Assembly (NCBI GenBank): GCA_937894725.1
Contig: CALAYL010000029.1
Span: 20,471-84,470, forward strand
Source of the DNA: an uncultured Bacteroidota bacterium
GTDB taxonomy: Bacteria; Bacteroidota; Bacteroidia; Chitinophagales; LD1
Length of the DNA: 64,000 nucleotides
Reading direction: 5' to 3'
Part shown: positions 36,952-46,704 of the stretch, one piece after another
Layout of the letters: the number at the start of each line of letters is the position of its first letter
Numbering within the stretch: the stretch's first letter is position 1
Program-made: the position numbers and the translations under genes
Notes under the pieces: model-generated
The model's input: only the letters and a program-made list of their open reading frames with translations
What the model was told of the DNA's origin: nothing
The model's database searches: none

Positions 36952-38292
36952 TTACTTTAAATATACATCCTTTACTTGTGCTGTATTTTTATTGAGAACT
37001 GGAGCAAATGTAGTCGGGTTCAACACCTTACCTACCGCTGGATAACGTAAAAAGCGTTTCATCAACATTTTCTTTAATGTAGGGTCAGAAATAGGAATGA
37101 TGTTTTTAGATAGCGAAAGCACATTCTCTACAATAGCGTCTTTGATTCCTTTATAGTAATCTACCAAAATCATTTCGTCAGTTTTCAATGGCTTAAGCAT
37201 TCCTGTTTCCTTATCTACTTCTGTGCCTACATACGGTTGGTTTTGGATATAGTCGTTTAGATTCATCACGGTGTAGCGAATGTTATCAAGATATTTCATA
37301 TTAGCATCTACAGCTTTTGCCAAACCATCTTCACCAGATTTGCGCATCAATTCTTTCGCTTCATCTAGCTCTAGCTCCATAAACTTATGGTAAGCCAAAT
37401 ATTTGTTTGAGAGTGCGAGGTTTCCTGCCTTGTCATAGATACGCGAAGCAAGACTAAAATTCATTGCCTCTACGTTTTCTTTGCCCAATTTTTCTACCGC
37501 TTCCGTATTGGCTGTTTTCATATAGTTTTCCGCTATTTTTACATAAATATTAGCGGCTTCTTCTTGCTTACCCATAGTGTTGTACTTATCGGCAGTTTTG
37601 CGGAGTCCTTCAGAAATATTGCCTGTGGTATAGCAATCATACGCACGGTCAAATTGATTTGTTTTGAATAGATAATCGCCTGCTTTTTTGAGAGATGCAT
37701 AAGAGCCTATTCGTTTCATCACATCTACTCCTTTGAGTGCATCATCACCTCCCTGAGCGATGTATGTGTCTGCTACACGCTCAGCAGCAGAAGAGTCTTT
37801 TGCCATAAAATAATAGTCTAACGCTTTAGGATAAAATTTTTCCCCTCTGTCAAAGAATTTGTCTCCTATTGCTTTGGCACCTTCATCTAGTGTGCCTGCT
37901 TTGGTGTAAAGTTTTACCGCACTATTGAGCAATTTTGCTTCGTTCTTTTCATCGCCAAATGCCTGTTCAACATATACATTAGCTACTCGATTCAAACCAT
38001 CTGCCTTTTCCGGTTTGTCACAGCGGTTATAGTAGTTTGTAGCTTGAACAAGATCGTTTACTTCTAAAAATTTATCACCTATGATAAGGTTTTGCTCACG
38101 TTTCAATCCGCCCTTCGTAAAAAGCTCTGCAGCTTTTTGAATCATTTCATTCTTTTTGACCATATCGGTCTGTTGAAAGGCTTTTGAAAGTATCTCATTT
38201 CCTTTGTCAATATCCTTGTTTTGAGCGACAAGAATAGAAGATACAGCCATGAGCATGGCGCAAACAATAGGTCTTAAATATTGGTTATTCAT
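36952..38292 (-). CDS. Hypothetical secreted protein with internal helical repeats
   Basis: The 446-aa ORF has a signal peptide. Recurring modules of about 45 aa contain GDKF(L/F)/GDYLF and (K/A)AxxYY-type segments. This is TPR/Sel1-like in flavour but unclassified. Confidence 0.55.
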   Translation of the reverse strand: MNNQYLRPIVCAMLMAVSSILVAQNKDIDKGNEILSKAFQQTDMVKKNEMIQKAAELFTKGGLKREQNLIIGDKFLEVNDLVQATNYYNRCDKPEKADGLNRVANVYVEQAFGDEKNEAKLLNSAVKLYTKAGTLDEGAKAIGDKFFDRGEKFYPKALDYYFMAKDSSAAERVADTYIAQGGDDALKGVDVMKRIGSYASLKKAGDYLFKTNQFDRAYDCYTTGNISEGLRKTADKYNTMGKQEEAANIYVKIAENYMKTANTEAVEKLGKENVEAMNFSLASRIYDKAGNLALSNKYLAYHKFMELELDEAKELMRKSGEDGLAKAVDANMKYLDNIRYTVMNLNDYIQNQPYVGTEVDKETGMLKPLKTDEMILVDYYKGIKDAIVENVLSLSKNIIPISDPTLKKMLMKRFLRYPAVGKVLNPTTFAPVLNKNTAQVKDVYLK

Positions 38293-38471
38293 AATATGGT
38301 GGTTTTAACAGTTTAAAAGTAACAACTTTATGATGTAAAGAAATTTTAATCCTGCTTTTTTTTCCAAAAAAACTTATCATTCCGAAAACTTTTCAAAATA
38401 TCAATAAAATGTGATAAAGTTTTATTTGCTTTGTGTAGTACATTCTTTTTAAAACCTCAATATTTCCCCCT

Positions 38472-39662
38472 TTGCTTTATTTTTTTCTAGCCTTGTTGAC
38501 AATTGTTATTGCGATTGTGGCGGTGTTTTATTACCTCATATTTATTCGTGAAAGAAAACGTAAGATTATTCCCTTTAATGAGGAGTTTGAACGACAGCGA
38601 GCCTTGTTGTATCCACCACCATTTCCTAATGGTTGGTTTAGTTTATGTAGTGCTGCCGATGTAAAAAAAGGACAGGTGATAGAGGCAGAAGCATTTGGTC
38701 AAAAATTTGCAATTTTTAGAGGAGAAAACGGTGAGGTGGGCGTAGTGGATGTATATTGCCCACATCTCAATGCAAATTTGGCAGATGGCTGTGTAAAAGG
38801 AAATGATTTGATCTGTCCTTTTCACGCATGGGGCTTTAATAAAAATGGAGAATGCACTCATGTGCCTTATTCAGATAAAGTGCCTCAAAATTCGAATGTA
38901 AAAAGTTGGGTTTGCAAAGAAAATTGGGGATTAATATTAGTATGGTACCATGCCGAAAACGAAGCACCATCATGGACTACCGATGGCTATCTACCCGAAG
39001 CAGCAGATTATAAATTTTATGCCAAAACGAGCGATGTTTTGCGCATTCATCTTCAAGACTTTGCCGAAAACGGAGCCGACTATGCGCATTTTGCTTATGT
39101 ACATGATTTGCTTACGATACCTTGGGCAGAGTACATTATAGATGTAAAACATAAACTTGAAATTCAATTTGGCGATGCGGCAAAGGGAGAGGGTCACATG
39201 GCATGGTTTACAGACAAGGCTGATTTGGTTTGGAAAAAAAGCCAAAAAGAAATACCACATGCAGGTGGCCAGGCCACTGTGACCTACTATGGTCCAGGGT
39301 TTTTGGTATTTCAATTTAATACCAAAATAGGCAAGATGCTTCTTATCAAAACCTTCACACCACTAGGCGAACTCAAGGTACGTATGGAAGACTATATTTA
39401 TGCGCCTAAAGGCACATTTGGATTGGCTATAAAATATCTCTTAGGTGAGGCCTCCGCACAGTTTCATGATGATATAGCAATATGGGAAAAAAAGAGCTAT
39501 GCTGAGCGTCCTGTGCTTGTAAAAGGCGATGGTCCGATTATGAAAATGCGTGCTTGGTACAATCAGTTTTATACGCCTAGTAGTTACTTACAAAAGCCTG
39601 GTGCAGCACACAAATCAGCTCGCACCGCTATATCTACCCCATCTATTATAGAAGCAAACTAA
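38472..39662 (+). CDS. Membrane-anchored Rieske [2Fe-2S] non-heme iron oxygenase, Neverland/KshA-like
   Basis: The 396-aa ORF uses a TTG start and has an N-terminal TM helix. The Rieske motif is CPHLNANL(x15)CPFHAWGF. YPPPFPNGWF precedes the Rieske domain. Confidence 0.8.
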   Translation: MLYFFLALLTIVIAIVAVFYYLIFIRERKRKIIPFNEEFERQRALLYPPPFPNGWFSLCSAADVKKGQVIEAEAFGQKFAIFRGENGEVGVVDVYCPHLNANLADGCVKGNDLICPFHAWGFNKNGECTHVPYSDKVPQNSNVKSWVCKENWGLILVWYHAENEAPSWTTDGYLPEAADYKFYAKTSDVLRIHLQDFAENGADYAHFAYVHDLLTIPWAEYIIDVKHKLEIQFGDAAKGEGHMAWFTDKADLVWKKSQKEIPHAGGQATVTYYGPGFLVFQFNTKIGKMLLIKTFTPLGELKVRMEDYIYAPKGTFGLAIKYLLGEASAQFHDDIAIWEKKSYAERPVLVKGDGPIMKMRAWYNQFYTPSSYLQKPGAAHKSARTAISTPSIIEAN

Positions 39663-39678
39663 AATTCCAATTTTTAAT

Positions 39679-40119
39679 ATGAATGTAAACTGCATCAAAC
39701 AGACAGTCTTTATTTTGTTATTGTGTAGCCAAAAAGTTTCTGCACAAGATAACATTTGTAACACCTGGCTCACTGAGGAAGGCACATCTAAGGTGCGAAT
39801 ATTTCTTGCTACCGATGGAAAATATTATGGTCAAATAGAATGGTTGAAAGATACATTATATAAAGGACGACCACTTATCGACACCGAAAATCCTGATAAA
39901 TCGAAACGCGGCAAACCTTGGCTTGGACTTAGAATATTATCTGGACTTACGAAAAAATCAAAATCAGAATATGTAGGTGGAAAAATCTATGATCCCACCA
40001 AGGGAAATTACTACAGCTGTAAAATGACGATAGAAAACACCAAACTAGTGTTGAGAGGGTATGTTTTAGGTCTGCCTTTTTTAGGGAAGAGCACTACTTG
40101 GTCATTGTCAGAAGAATAA
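39679..40119 (+). CDS. DUF2147-like secreted protein
   Basis: The 146-aa ORF has a signal peptide and the pattern WLTEEGTSKVRIF..GKYYGQIEWL...NPD...R.KPWLGLRIL...Y.GGKIYDP.KG..Y.CKM....L.LRGY. Confidence 0.7.
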   Translation: MNVNCIKQTVFILLLCSQKVSAQDNICNTWLTEEGTSKVRIFLATDGKYYGQIEWLKDTLYKGRPLIDTENPDKSKRGKPWLGLRILSGLTKKSKSEYVGGKIYDPTKGNYYSCKMTIENTKLVLRGYVLGLPFLGKSTTWSLSEE

Positions 40120-40123
40120 GTCA

Positions 40124-41128
40124 CTATCCATTGATTCGTTCCCAAATCATATCCTTTAGCGGCTCAATGTTTTTTTGTGTAGCGGCTGATACGAAGATAT
40201 AGTCAATCTTGTTTTTGCCTTTCAATTTTGCTTTTAGCTCTTTGTCAATCATAGCAATAGTTTCAGCATCTACGATATCGGATTTTGTGATAGCGAGACA
40301 ACGGTCTTTGTGCAAAAGTTCGGGATTAAACGCCTTAAGCTCTTTGAGCAAAATCTTGTATTGTTCCGCAATATCATCAGCATCTATAGGTATCAAAAAC
40401 AATAGACAAGCATTGCGTTCTATGTGGCGCAAAAAGCGAATACCCAATCCTTTGCCTTCGCTTGCACCCTCAATGATACCGGGTATATCGGCCATCACAA
40501 ACGAAAGGTGATCTTTGTAATATACCATTCCTAAACTTGGCACTAGTGTAGTAAACGGATAGTCGGCAATTTCTGGTTTAGCGGCAGAAACAACGGAGAG
40601 CAAAGTCGATTTGCCAGCATTCGGAAAACCAACTAAACCTACATCGGCCAACAGTTTTAGCTCTAGTACTACCCAACCCACTTCGCCTTCTGTACCTGGC
40701 TGAGCATAAGTAGGTGCTTGATTGGTCGAGGTCTTAAAATTCATATTGCCTAGACCGCCCATGCCGCCTTTTCTTATGATTAGTTCTTGTCCGTCTTCGC
40801 TTATTTCGCCTATGATTTCGTGTGTTTCAAAATCGCGTGCCACTGTACCCAAAGGTACTTCAAGAACCACATCTTCGCCTTGCTTACCAGAACGTTGAGA
40901 TTTTTCACCACGAAAACCATCCGAACCCAATACGTGTTTTCGATATTTGAGATGGAGTAGTGTCCAATGTTGTTTATTGCCCCGAATGATGATGTGTCCG
41001 CCCCTACCACCATCGCCCCCATCTGGACCGCCCATCTCAACAAACTTTTCTCGTCTAAAATGTGATGCCCCAGGCCCGCCATTGCCAGACTTACAGTGAA
41101 TTTTTACGTAGTCGATAAAGTTTTCCAT
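40124..41128 (-). CDS. obg: GTPase Obg/CgtA
   Basis: The 334-aa ORF has the Obg-fold N-terminus [27 protein letters not shown]1 GFPNAGKST and G3 DIPGIIEGA. Confidence 0.95.
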   Translation of the reverse strand: MENFIDYVKIHCKSGNGGPGASHFRREKFVEMGGPDGGDGGRGGHIIIRGNKQHWTLLHLKYRKHVLGSDGFRGEKSQRSGKQGEDVVLEVPLGTVARDFETHEIIGEISEDGQELIIRKGGMGGLGNMNFKTSTNQAPTYAQPGTEGEVGWVVLELKLLADVGLVGFPNAGKSTLLSVVSAAKPEIADYPFTTLVPSLGMVYYKDHLSFVMADIPGIIEGASEGKGLGIRFLRHIERNACLLFLIPIDADDIAEQYKILLKELKAFNPELLHKDRCLAITKSDIVDAETIAMIDKELKAKLKGKNKIDYIFVSAATQKNIEPLKDMIWERING

Positions 41129-41183
41129 AATAAAAAAGTAGTAACATAACCCTAAACTAAAATCAGCATAGGAGTCGGCAAAG

Positions 41184-41759
41184 CTAAGCTATATTGTTGA
41201 TAGCACTTGCTAAAGCATCAAAAATTTCGTCTATCGAGCCTTCGCCCGCTATTTCGACTAGTTTGTTTTGACCAGCATAGTAAGATGCCAATGGTGCCGT
41301 TTTTGTTCGGTATTCTACCACTCTATTTTTCACTATAGTTTCGTTTTGGTCATCGGCTCTTCCACTGGTTTTACCCCTATCCAAAATTCGCTTAGTCAAC
41401 TCTTCTTCAGACACGATAAGCGACAATACAGCTTGGATTGGCGCATTTCTTTCTGCTAATAGTTCATCAAGCGCTTCTGCTTGCTTTACAGTACGCGGAA
41501 ATCCATCAAACACAAATCCTTTAGCCGTCTTATTTTCATCTAGTTTATTCGCAATCATACCTATCACTACTGCGTCTGGCACTAGGTCGCCTTTGTCCAT
41601 CAGTGTTTTAGCTTCAAGGCCTAGTGGACTTTGCTTGGCTATTTCAGCACGAAGCATATCGCCCGTAGAGAGGTGCATAAAACCGAATTTTTCGATAATT
41701 CGAGTGGCTTGCGTGCCTTTTCCGCTTCCTGGAGGGCCAAATAAGACGATGTTTTTCAT
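41184..41759 (-). CDS. adk: Adenylate kinase
   Basis: The 191-aa ORF has the P-loop [10 protein letters not shown], then HLSTGDMLR and FDGFPRT. Confidence 0.95.
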   Translation of the reverse strand: MKNIVLFGPPGSGKGTQATRIIEKFGFMHLSTGDMLRAEIAKQSPLGLEAKTLMDKGDLVPDAVVIGMIANKLDENKTAKGFVFDGFPRTVKQAEALDELLAERNAPIQAVLSLIVSEEELTKRILDRGKTSGRADDQNETIVKNRVVEYRTKTAPLASYYAGQNKLVEIAGEGSIDEIFDALASAINNIA

Positions 41760-41883
41760 GGCAGTAGATTCTTATACTAAAGGATGATTTGAGCGTTAAA
41801 GATAAAATAAAAAAAAGGATTCGAGAAGATGTAGCAAGGTAGAAGTCGCAAGTTAATTCTACTTTGCTTTTGAGTAGTCATTA

Positions 41884-42411
41884 TTACTTTACTTTTCTGC
41901 CTTTGGCTATGCGCTGGTTGAGTTCAAACTTGTTGATTTTGCGCATATCGACCATAAGTAGCGCGTTTACGCTCTCTGGAGCAGTGAAATAGGGCATGCC
42001 GTTGTACATAATTTTGCCAACTTTGTTCTTGAGGTCAGCGAATGCAATACTATATTTTTGATCCATATAAGCATTGCTACCAAAGTTGACATAATAGTTA
42101 TCGTTTGATTCAAAGCTGATACCCAGTTTGCCGTTTGTTTCTTGTACCAATACACCTGGAGTACCCGAACGAATGATGATTTCTTCTACCTTTTCGCCAT
42201 TTACGGTTTTTATTTTTCCAGAAACAATGTTGGTGGCACCATCAGAAACTTTGCGTTGCAGAATGATATCTTCTGAAGGGTAAAACTGAATACGCCTAAG
42301 GTCACTTTGTTCGATATTATATTTTGTGCGTAGAGCATCTGTGTAAGGCACTAAATTTTTACAACCTGCTAGTATAAGGGTAAGGGTCAATAACAAACTC
42401 AACTTTTTCAT
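41884..42411 (-). CDS. Hypothetical lipoprotein
   Basis: The 175-aa ORF has a lipobox LILAGCKN. I recognise no motif. Confidence 0.55.
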   Translation of the reverse strand: MKKLSLLLTLTLILAGCKNLVPYTDALRTKYNIEQSDLRRIQFYPSEDIILQRKVSDGATNIVSGKIKTVNGEKVEEIIIRSGTPGVLVQETNGKLGISFESNDNYYVNFGSNAYMDQKYSIAFADLKNKVGKIMYNGMPYFTAPESVNALLMVDMRKINKFELNQRIAKGRKVK

Positions 42412-42487
42412 AATTGCTTTTTGAAGAGATACAATTCAAGATGTGTGCCAATAATAAAAACAGCTTTGCCAAAAAGTGCAAAGAGGA

Positions 42488-42895
42488 CTATACGACCCTA
42501 TTGCCGTCTTTGTCGTAAATTTTTGTGTCTGGCTCGGCAGGGGCTGCGAGTTTGTCTGGTTTTATGAGTCTTTCTAAAAGACCATTAAGTATAGATAGTA
42601 ACAAACTGAACAGTATAGCCCATCCCCATCCATCAACCTCAAATCCAGTACCGATAAGCCAATCAGCTATGCGGATAATAGCGGCATTGATAAAGAGCAA
42701 AAACACTCCGAGTGTAAGAATGGTGGCGGGAAGAGTAAACAAGACTAAAATCGGCTTTACACTTACATTCAAAATAGCCAAAACAAACGCGATTGCAATA
42801 GCGTATCCAAAGCTCTCTACATGTACTCCACTCAATACATATGAGCCTATGATTACCGCTATGGCATTCATAAATAATTTGAGGACAAACTTCAT
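42488..42895 (-). CDS. DUF360 / phage-holin-family-4-like small membrane protein
   Basis: The 135-aa ORF has four hydrophobic segments and the pattern NVSVKPILVLFTLPATILTLGVFLLFINA, characteristic of this family. Confidence 0.7.
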   Translation of the reverse strand: MKFVLKLFMNAIAVIIGSYVLSGVHVESFGYAIAIAFVLAILNVSVKPILVLFTLPATILTLGVFLLFINAAIIRIADWLIGTGFEVDGWGWAILFSLLLSILNGLLERLIKPDKLAAPAEPDTKIYDKDGNRVV

Positions 42896-42985
42896 TTTTT
42901 ATAAAATTGAAACGTAAACATACAGGTTTTCAGCACAAAATATGATGCAAGGAAATGTGTTAAGAAAAATTGTGGAGTGCGCTGT

Positions 42986-43441
42986 TTAGTCCGTGTGCTG
43001 ATTTTGCATAGTATCTATATATCGATACAGCCACTCTATCAACCAACAGAAAAAAGCCCATGCAGGAAAATAATCTAATCGAACTAAACCCATGATATGA
43101 ATACCCGTCTTGTATTCCCAAGGGCATGAGCCTGTGACTTTGGTTAAAATATAACCGCTCACAAACTCTACTACATAGATTAAAAACACATAAAAAAGTA
43201 GCCGGATAGCGATATTTTTATCTTTCATTTTATCAAACAAAAACCCACCAATAATAGGAATTAGGGCATAGATAGGAAACATCCAAACATAGGTCATACC
43301 AGCCATAGAGCCAAGCGATTTGTCGCAAAGGGGGGTGCCATTTGCAAGGTTTTGGAAGGCGGTAAAAACCACTTCTGTAGCCACACCAAATACGCTAAAA
43401 AATAAAACTTTAAAAAGTAGGGATTTTGTTTTGTAGGTCAT
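42986..43441 (-). CDS. Small polytopic membrane protein (possibly DUF1113 / type IV ABC-permease-like)
   Basis: The 151-aa ORF has 4-5 hydrophobic segments. The family assignment is from memory of similar N-terminal patterns and is weak. Confidence 0.45.
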   Translation of the reverse strand: MTYKTKSLLFKVLFFSVFGVATEVVFTAFQNLANGTPLCDKSLGSMAGMTYVWMFPIYALIPIIGGFLFDKMKDKNIAIRLLFYVFLIYVVEFVSGYILTKVTGSCPWEYKTGIHIMGLVRLDYFPAWAFFCWLIEWLYRYIDTMQNQHTD

Positions 43442-43594
43442 ATGGCTGTTTATCTAAAAATACAATTTAAAACTAAAAATAAGAAAGATAGTGGTGGCTA
43501 TTTGATGAAAAGAGCTAACACAAAAGAAAGAGATAATCGCTACAGACGCTAAATCTTTAAAACCACTCCACTTTTTCTGCTACTTTCGCACCCC

Positions 43595-45490
43595 ATGCAC
43601 TACCTATCTGTCGAAAACCTAGTCAAGTCGTTTGTTGATAAACCACTTTTTACCAATGCTACATTCCATATCAGCCGAGGCGATAAGGTAGCGCTCATAG
43701 CCAAAAATGGTACGGGTAAAACTACTCTACTCCGCATTATTGCTGGATTAGACAAGGCCGATAGTGGCAAAGTGTGGGTACACAAAGACGTACGTGTTTG
43801 TTATCTCGATCAAAATCCCATTTTCGACCCCAATAAAACAGCCCTAGAAAGTATTTTTGAACACTCAAACCCAGTGATAGAGGCTGTGAAACGCTACGAA
43901 AATATACTTGAGGTAGAAGAACCAGATGGAGATGAGTTGCAAAAAGTGATGAACGATATGGATGATTTGAACGCTTGGCAATTTGAAAGCAAAGTGAAGC
44001 AAATCCTTACGGCACTTAGAATTACCGACCTTCATCAACTCACCGTTACACTTTCTGGAGGACAAAAAAAACGGCTCTCTCTTGCCAAAACGCTTTTGGA
44101 TATTGAGTTTGATGATAGTCACAAACTACTCATACTCGATGAACCTACCAATCACCTTGATTTTGACATGATAGACTGGTTAGAAAACTACTTATCTGCT
44201 GACAATATTACCTTACTGCTTGTAACCCACGACCGTTATTTCCTAGACAATGTGTGTAATCAAATTATCGAGCTAACAGAACGTGAAACCTTTCCCTACA
44301 AAGGCGACTATGAGTTTTTTCTAGAAACAAAAGCTAGTCGAGAGCAAGCAGATGGGGCGAGTATAGACAAAGCAAAAAACCTACTTCGTAAAGAGCTCGA
44401 ATGGATGCGCAAACAGCCCAAGGCCCGCACTACCAAATCGAAGTCGAGAATAGACGCATTCTACGAATTAGAGGAAAAAGCAAGTCAAAAAAAATCGGAT
44501 GGCGCGCTAGAGCTGAGCATGAAGATGTCGAGGCTCGGAGGTAAGATTATGGAGCTGAAAAAGGTAAACAAAGCGTATGGTGACCGCCAGATTTTAAAAG
44601 GGTTTGATTATACGTTCAAAAAAGGCGATCGTATCGGTATCATCGGAAAAAATGGAGTGGGCAAAACCACTTTTCTCAATATTTTATTGGGGAAAGAACA
44701 ACCAGACTCTGGCAAGATAAACCCAGGCGAAACGGTGGTATTTGGCTATTTTGACCAAAATGGAATAGAGTTAAAAGAGGACATGCGTATCCTTGAATAT
44801 GTGCGCGAATTTGCAGATAATTTTACCTTGGCCGATGGTACGAAAGTGTCTGCCACACAATTTTTACAACTTTTTCAGTTTACCCCCGAGCAGCAGTTTA
44901 CCTATGTGTCGAAACTGAGTGGTGGCGAGCGAAAGCGGCTACAGTTGCTCACGGTATTGTTCAAATCTCCCAATTTTTTGATACTCGATGAGCCTACCAA
45001 TGATTTGGACTTGATAACACTACAAACCCTCGAAGTTTTTCTTGAAAACTATCCCGGATGTTTGCTCATCGTGTCGCACGATAGATACTTTATGGACAAA
45101 TTGGTAGACCACCTTTTTGTGTTTGAAGGTGATGGTGTAGTGTCCGATTTTCCTGGAAACTATACGCTCTATCGCTACTATCAACAGCAGCAAGCTAGGG
45201 AAAAAACAGCCACTCCAGTACCCGAAAGTGTCGCAAAGCCACTTTCTCCTTCACCTACTTCGCTTAGCACTACCGACACAAAGCGTAAGCTTTCATACAA
45301 AGAAAAAACAACACTCGAAAACATCGAAAAACAAATGCCGCTGCTCATAAAAGAGCGCGATGAACTCAACGAAAAACTCACCAATCCTAGCAATACCTAT
45401 GACCAAATAGCCGATATGACAGCCCGTATCGGAGCTATAGCAATACTTTTAGAGGATATGGAAATGCGCTGGTTAGAGCTTAACGAGTAG
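43595..45490 (+). CDS. ABC-F family ATPase (Uup/EttA-class, no TM domains)
   Basis: The 631-aa ORF has two Walker A motifs (AKNGTGKTT, GKNGVGKTT), two signatures (LSGGQKKR, LSGGERKR), two Walker B motifs (LILDEPTNHLD, LILDEPTNDLD) and a C-terminal coiled-coil-like tail. Confidence 0.9.
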   Translation: MHYLSVENLVKSFVDKPLFTNATFHISRGDKVALIAKNGTGKTTLLRIIAGLDKADSGKVWVHKDVRVCYLDQNPIFDPNKTALESIFEHSNPVIEAVKRYENILEVEEPDGDELQKVMNDMDDLNAWQFESKVKQILTALRITDLHQLTVTLSGGQKKRLSLAKTLLDIEFDDSHKLLILDEPTNHLDFDMIDWLENYLSADNITLLLVTHDRYFLDNVCNQIIELTERETFPYKGDYEFFLETKASREQADGASIDKAKNLLRKELEWMRKQPKARTTKSKSRIDAFYELEEKASQKKSDGALELSMKMSRLGGKIMELKKVNKAYGDRQILKGFDYTFKKGDRIGIIGKNGVGKTTFLNILLGKEQPDSGKINPGETVVFGYFDQNGIELKEDMRILEYVREFADNFTLADGTKVSATQFLQLFQFTPEQQFTYVSKLSGGERKRLQLLTVLFKSPNFLILDEPTNDLDLITLQTLEVFLENYPGCLLIVSHDRYFMDKLVDHLFVFEGDGVVSDFPGNYTLYRYYQQQQAREKTATPVPESVAKPLSPSPTSLSTTDTKRKLSYKEKTTLENIEKQMPLLIKERDELNEKLTNPSNTYDQIADMTARIGAIAILLEDMEMRWLELNE

Positions 45491-45577
45491 TTTTTTCCTT
45501 CATCACAAAAGACATAATTTCACCTACTAAAGTGGAGAAAGTATTCGTGTTTTTGTATAAACAATAAATATAAAAGC

Positions 45578-45988
45578 ATGAAAAGTACAACCAAAATTTT
45601 ATTTCTGATGATTTGTATCATCTCAATTCTAAGCTCATGCAAGAAAGATGAAGTGGACAATCTGATTAAAGAAAACAGCATTATTATTTCTTCTATAGCT
45701 GGCACCAAGGGAGGCAGCTGCACATCAGGAGCAGACAGCTATACGATAGACATAGCCTTTCAAAATCCCAAATCGGAAACGGTAGAAGAGATAGAGGTTG
45801 ACTATATCTACCCAGCCGGAGATGCTTCTTTTTCGTATGACTATACAAACTACCTGAATATGGGTGCTACCTTACGCTGGACTCTCTGCAAGACATTTAA
45901 CCAGAGCCCGATAAAAGTGAGAGTGTTTGTTGTCACCACGGGCGGCAAGCGCAGTGCTCCTAAAACATTTACGCTAATCACCCAATAA
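45578..45988 (+). CDS. Small hypothetical lipoprotein (distant paralog of the next gene)
   Basis: The 136-aa ORF has a lipobox ILSSCKK. It shares its architecture with 45998..46429 (SCTSGADSYTIDIAF versus DCTTSAGTGSSFTLKLKI; LCKTF versus RCITF; KTFTL versus KFTI). Confidence 0.5.
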   Translation: MKSTTKILFLMICIISILSSCKKDEVDNLIKENSIIISSIAGTKGGSCTSGADSYTIDIAFQNPKSETVEEIEVDYIYPAGDASFSYDYTNYLNMGATLRWTLCKTFNQSPIKVRVFVVTTGGKRSAPKTFTLITQ

Positions 45989-45997
45989 AAACATAAA

Positions 45998-46429
45998 ATG
46001 AAAAACACCATCAAATTAAGTATCATAACCATAGCGCTAGCGTTAGGTCTTACTCAATGCAAAAAAGAAGAAATCAATAAAGGGTATAAAATAAACACAG
46101 CAACCTATGAGCTAACTAGCCTAAACGACTGTACTACAAGTGCTGGCACCGGAAGTTCATTTACGCTCAAATTGAAAATAGAGACACTCACTGATGTAGA
46201 GGACTTATATGGCATCAAGTCTAAAATCACCTTTAGCTCAGGCACAAAATCCGAAAACCTTCTTCGGTCTTTGAGTTTTTTTCCACCCACAAAACAGCTT
46301 AGTCTTTATAGATGTATCACCTTTGGGTCTAGTACATCGGCTACATACGAACTTCAAGCGGTATCAAAAAATGGCGATTTGGGTGACCCCATTAAATTTA
46401 CCATCAATCGCCCTGCGGGAGCAAACTAA
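45998..46429 (+). CDS. Small hypothetical lipoprotein (distant paralog of the previous gene)
   Basis: The 143-aa ORF has a lipobox GLTQCKK. See the previous entry. Confidence 0.5.
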   Translation: MKNTIKLSIITIALALGLTQCKKEEINKGYKINTATYELTSLNDCTTSAGTGSSFTLKLKIETLTDVEDLYGIKSKITFSSGTKSENLLRSLSFFPPTKQLSLYRCITFGSSTSATYELQAVSKNGDLGDPIKFTINRPAGAN

Positions 46430-46704
46430 TTTTTTTACAATCCTAAAAGCGGTCGCTACAGAATTTGATCTCCGCCCATACTCGTTCCTATTTTTTGCGC
46501 CATTGAAAGGGTTTCCCACAGCTGGCGCAAATCTTTTAGGGCAAATCTGTCTTTTGGCGCATTTTCATAAAAGCGATTTTAATAAGCAATGCACTGAAAA
46601 ATCTAAAAACTTTTGCTTAACGAAAGTTTTTGCCTGTTTTTTAGCTTAATTCCTTATTTTGCGCGTCATTTTTATAGTTTAAAAAGAAATAAACAAGAGT
46701 TAAT

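Noticed and set aside
42488-42895. Phage-holin-family gene as evidence of a prophage
   Set aside because: DUF360/holin-4-like proteins are widespread chromosomal membrane proteins. The neighbours are adk, obg, a lipoprotein gene and an ABC-F gene, with no phage structural, lysis or integration genes.
46323-46649. 108-aa + strand ORF spanning the end of the second small lipoprotein gene and the spacer
   Set aside because: It is out of frame with the lipoprotein gene it overlaps, and it continues through hairpin-containing non-coding DNA. It has no recognisable features.
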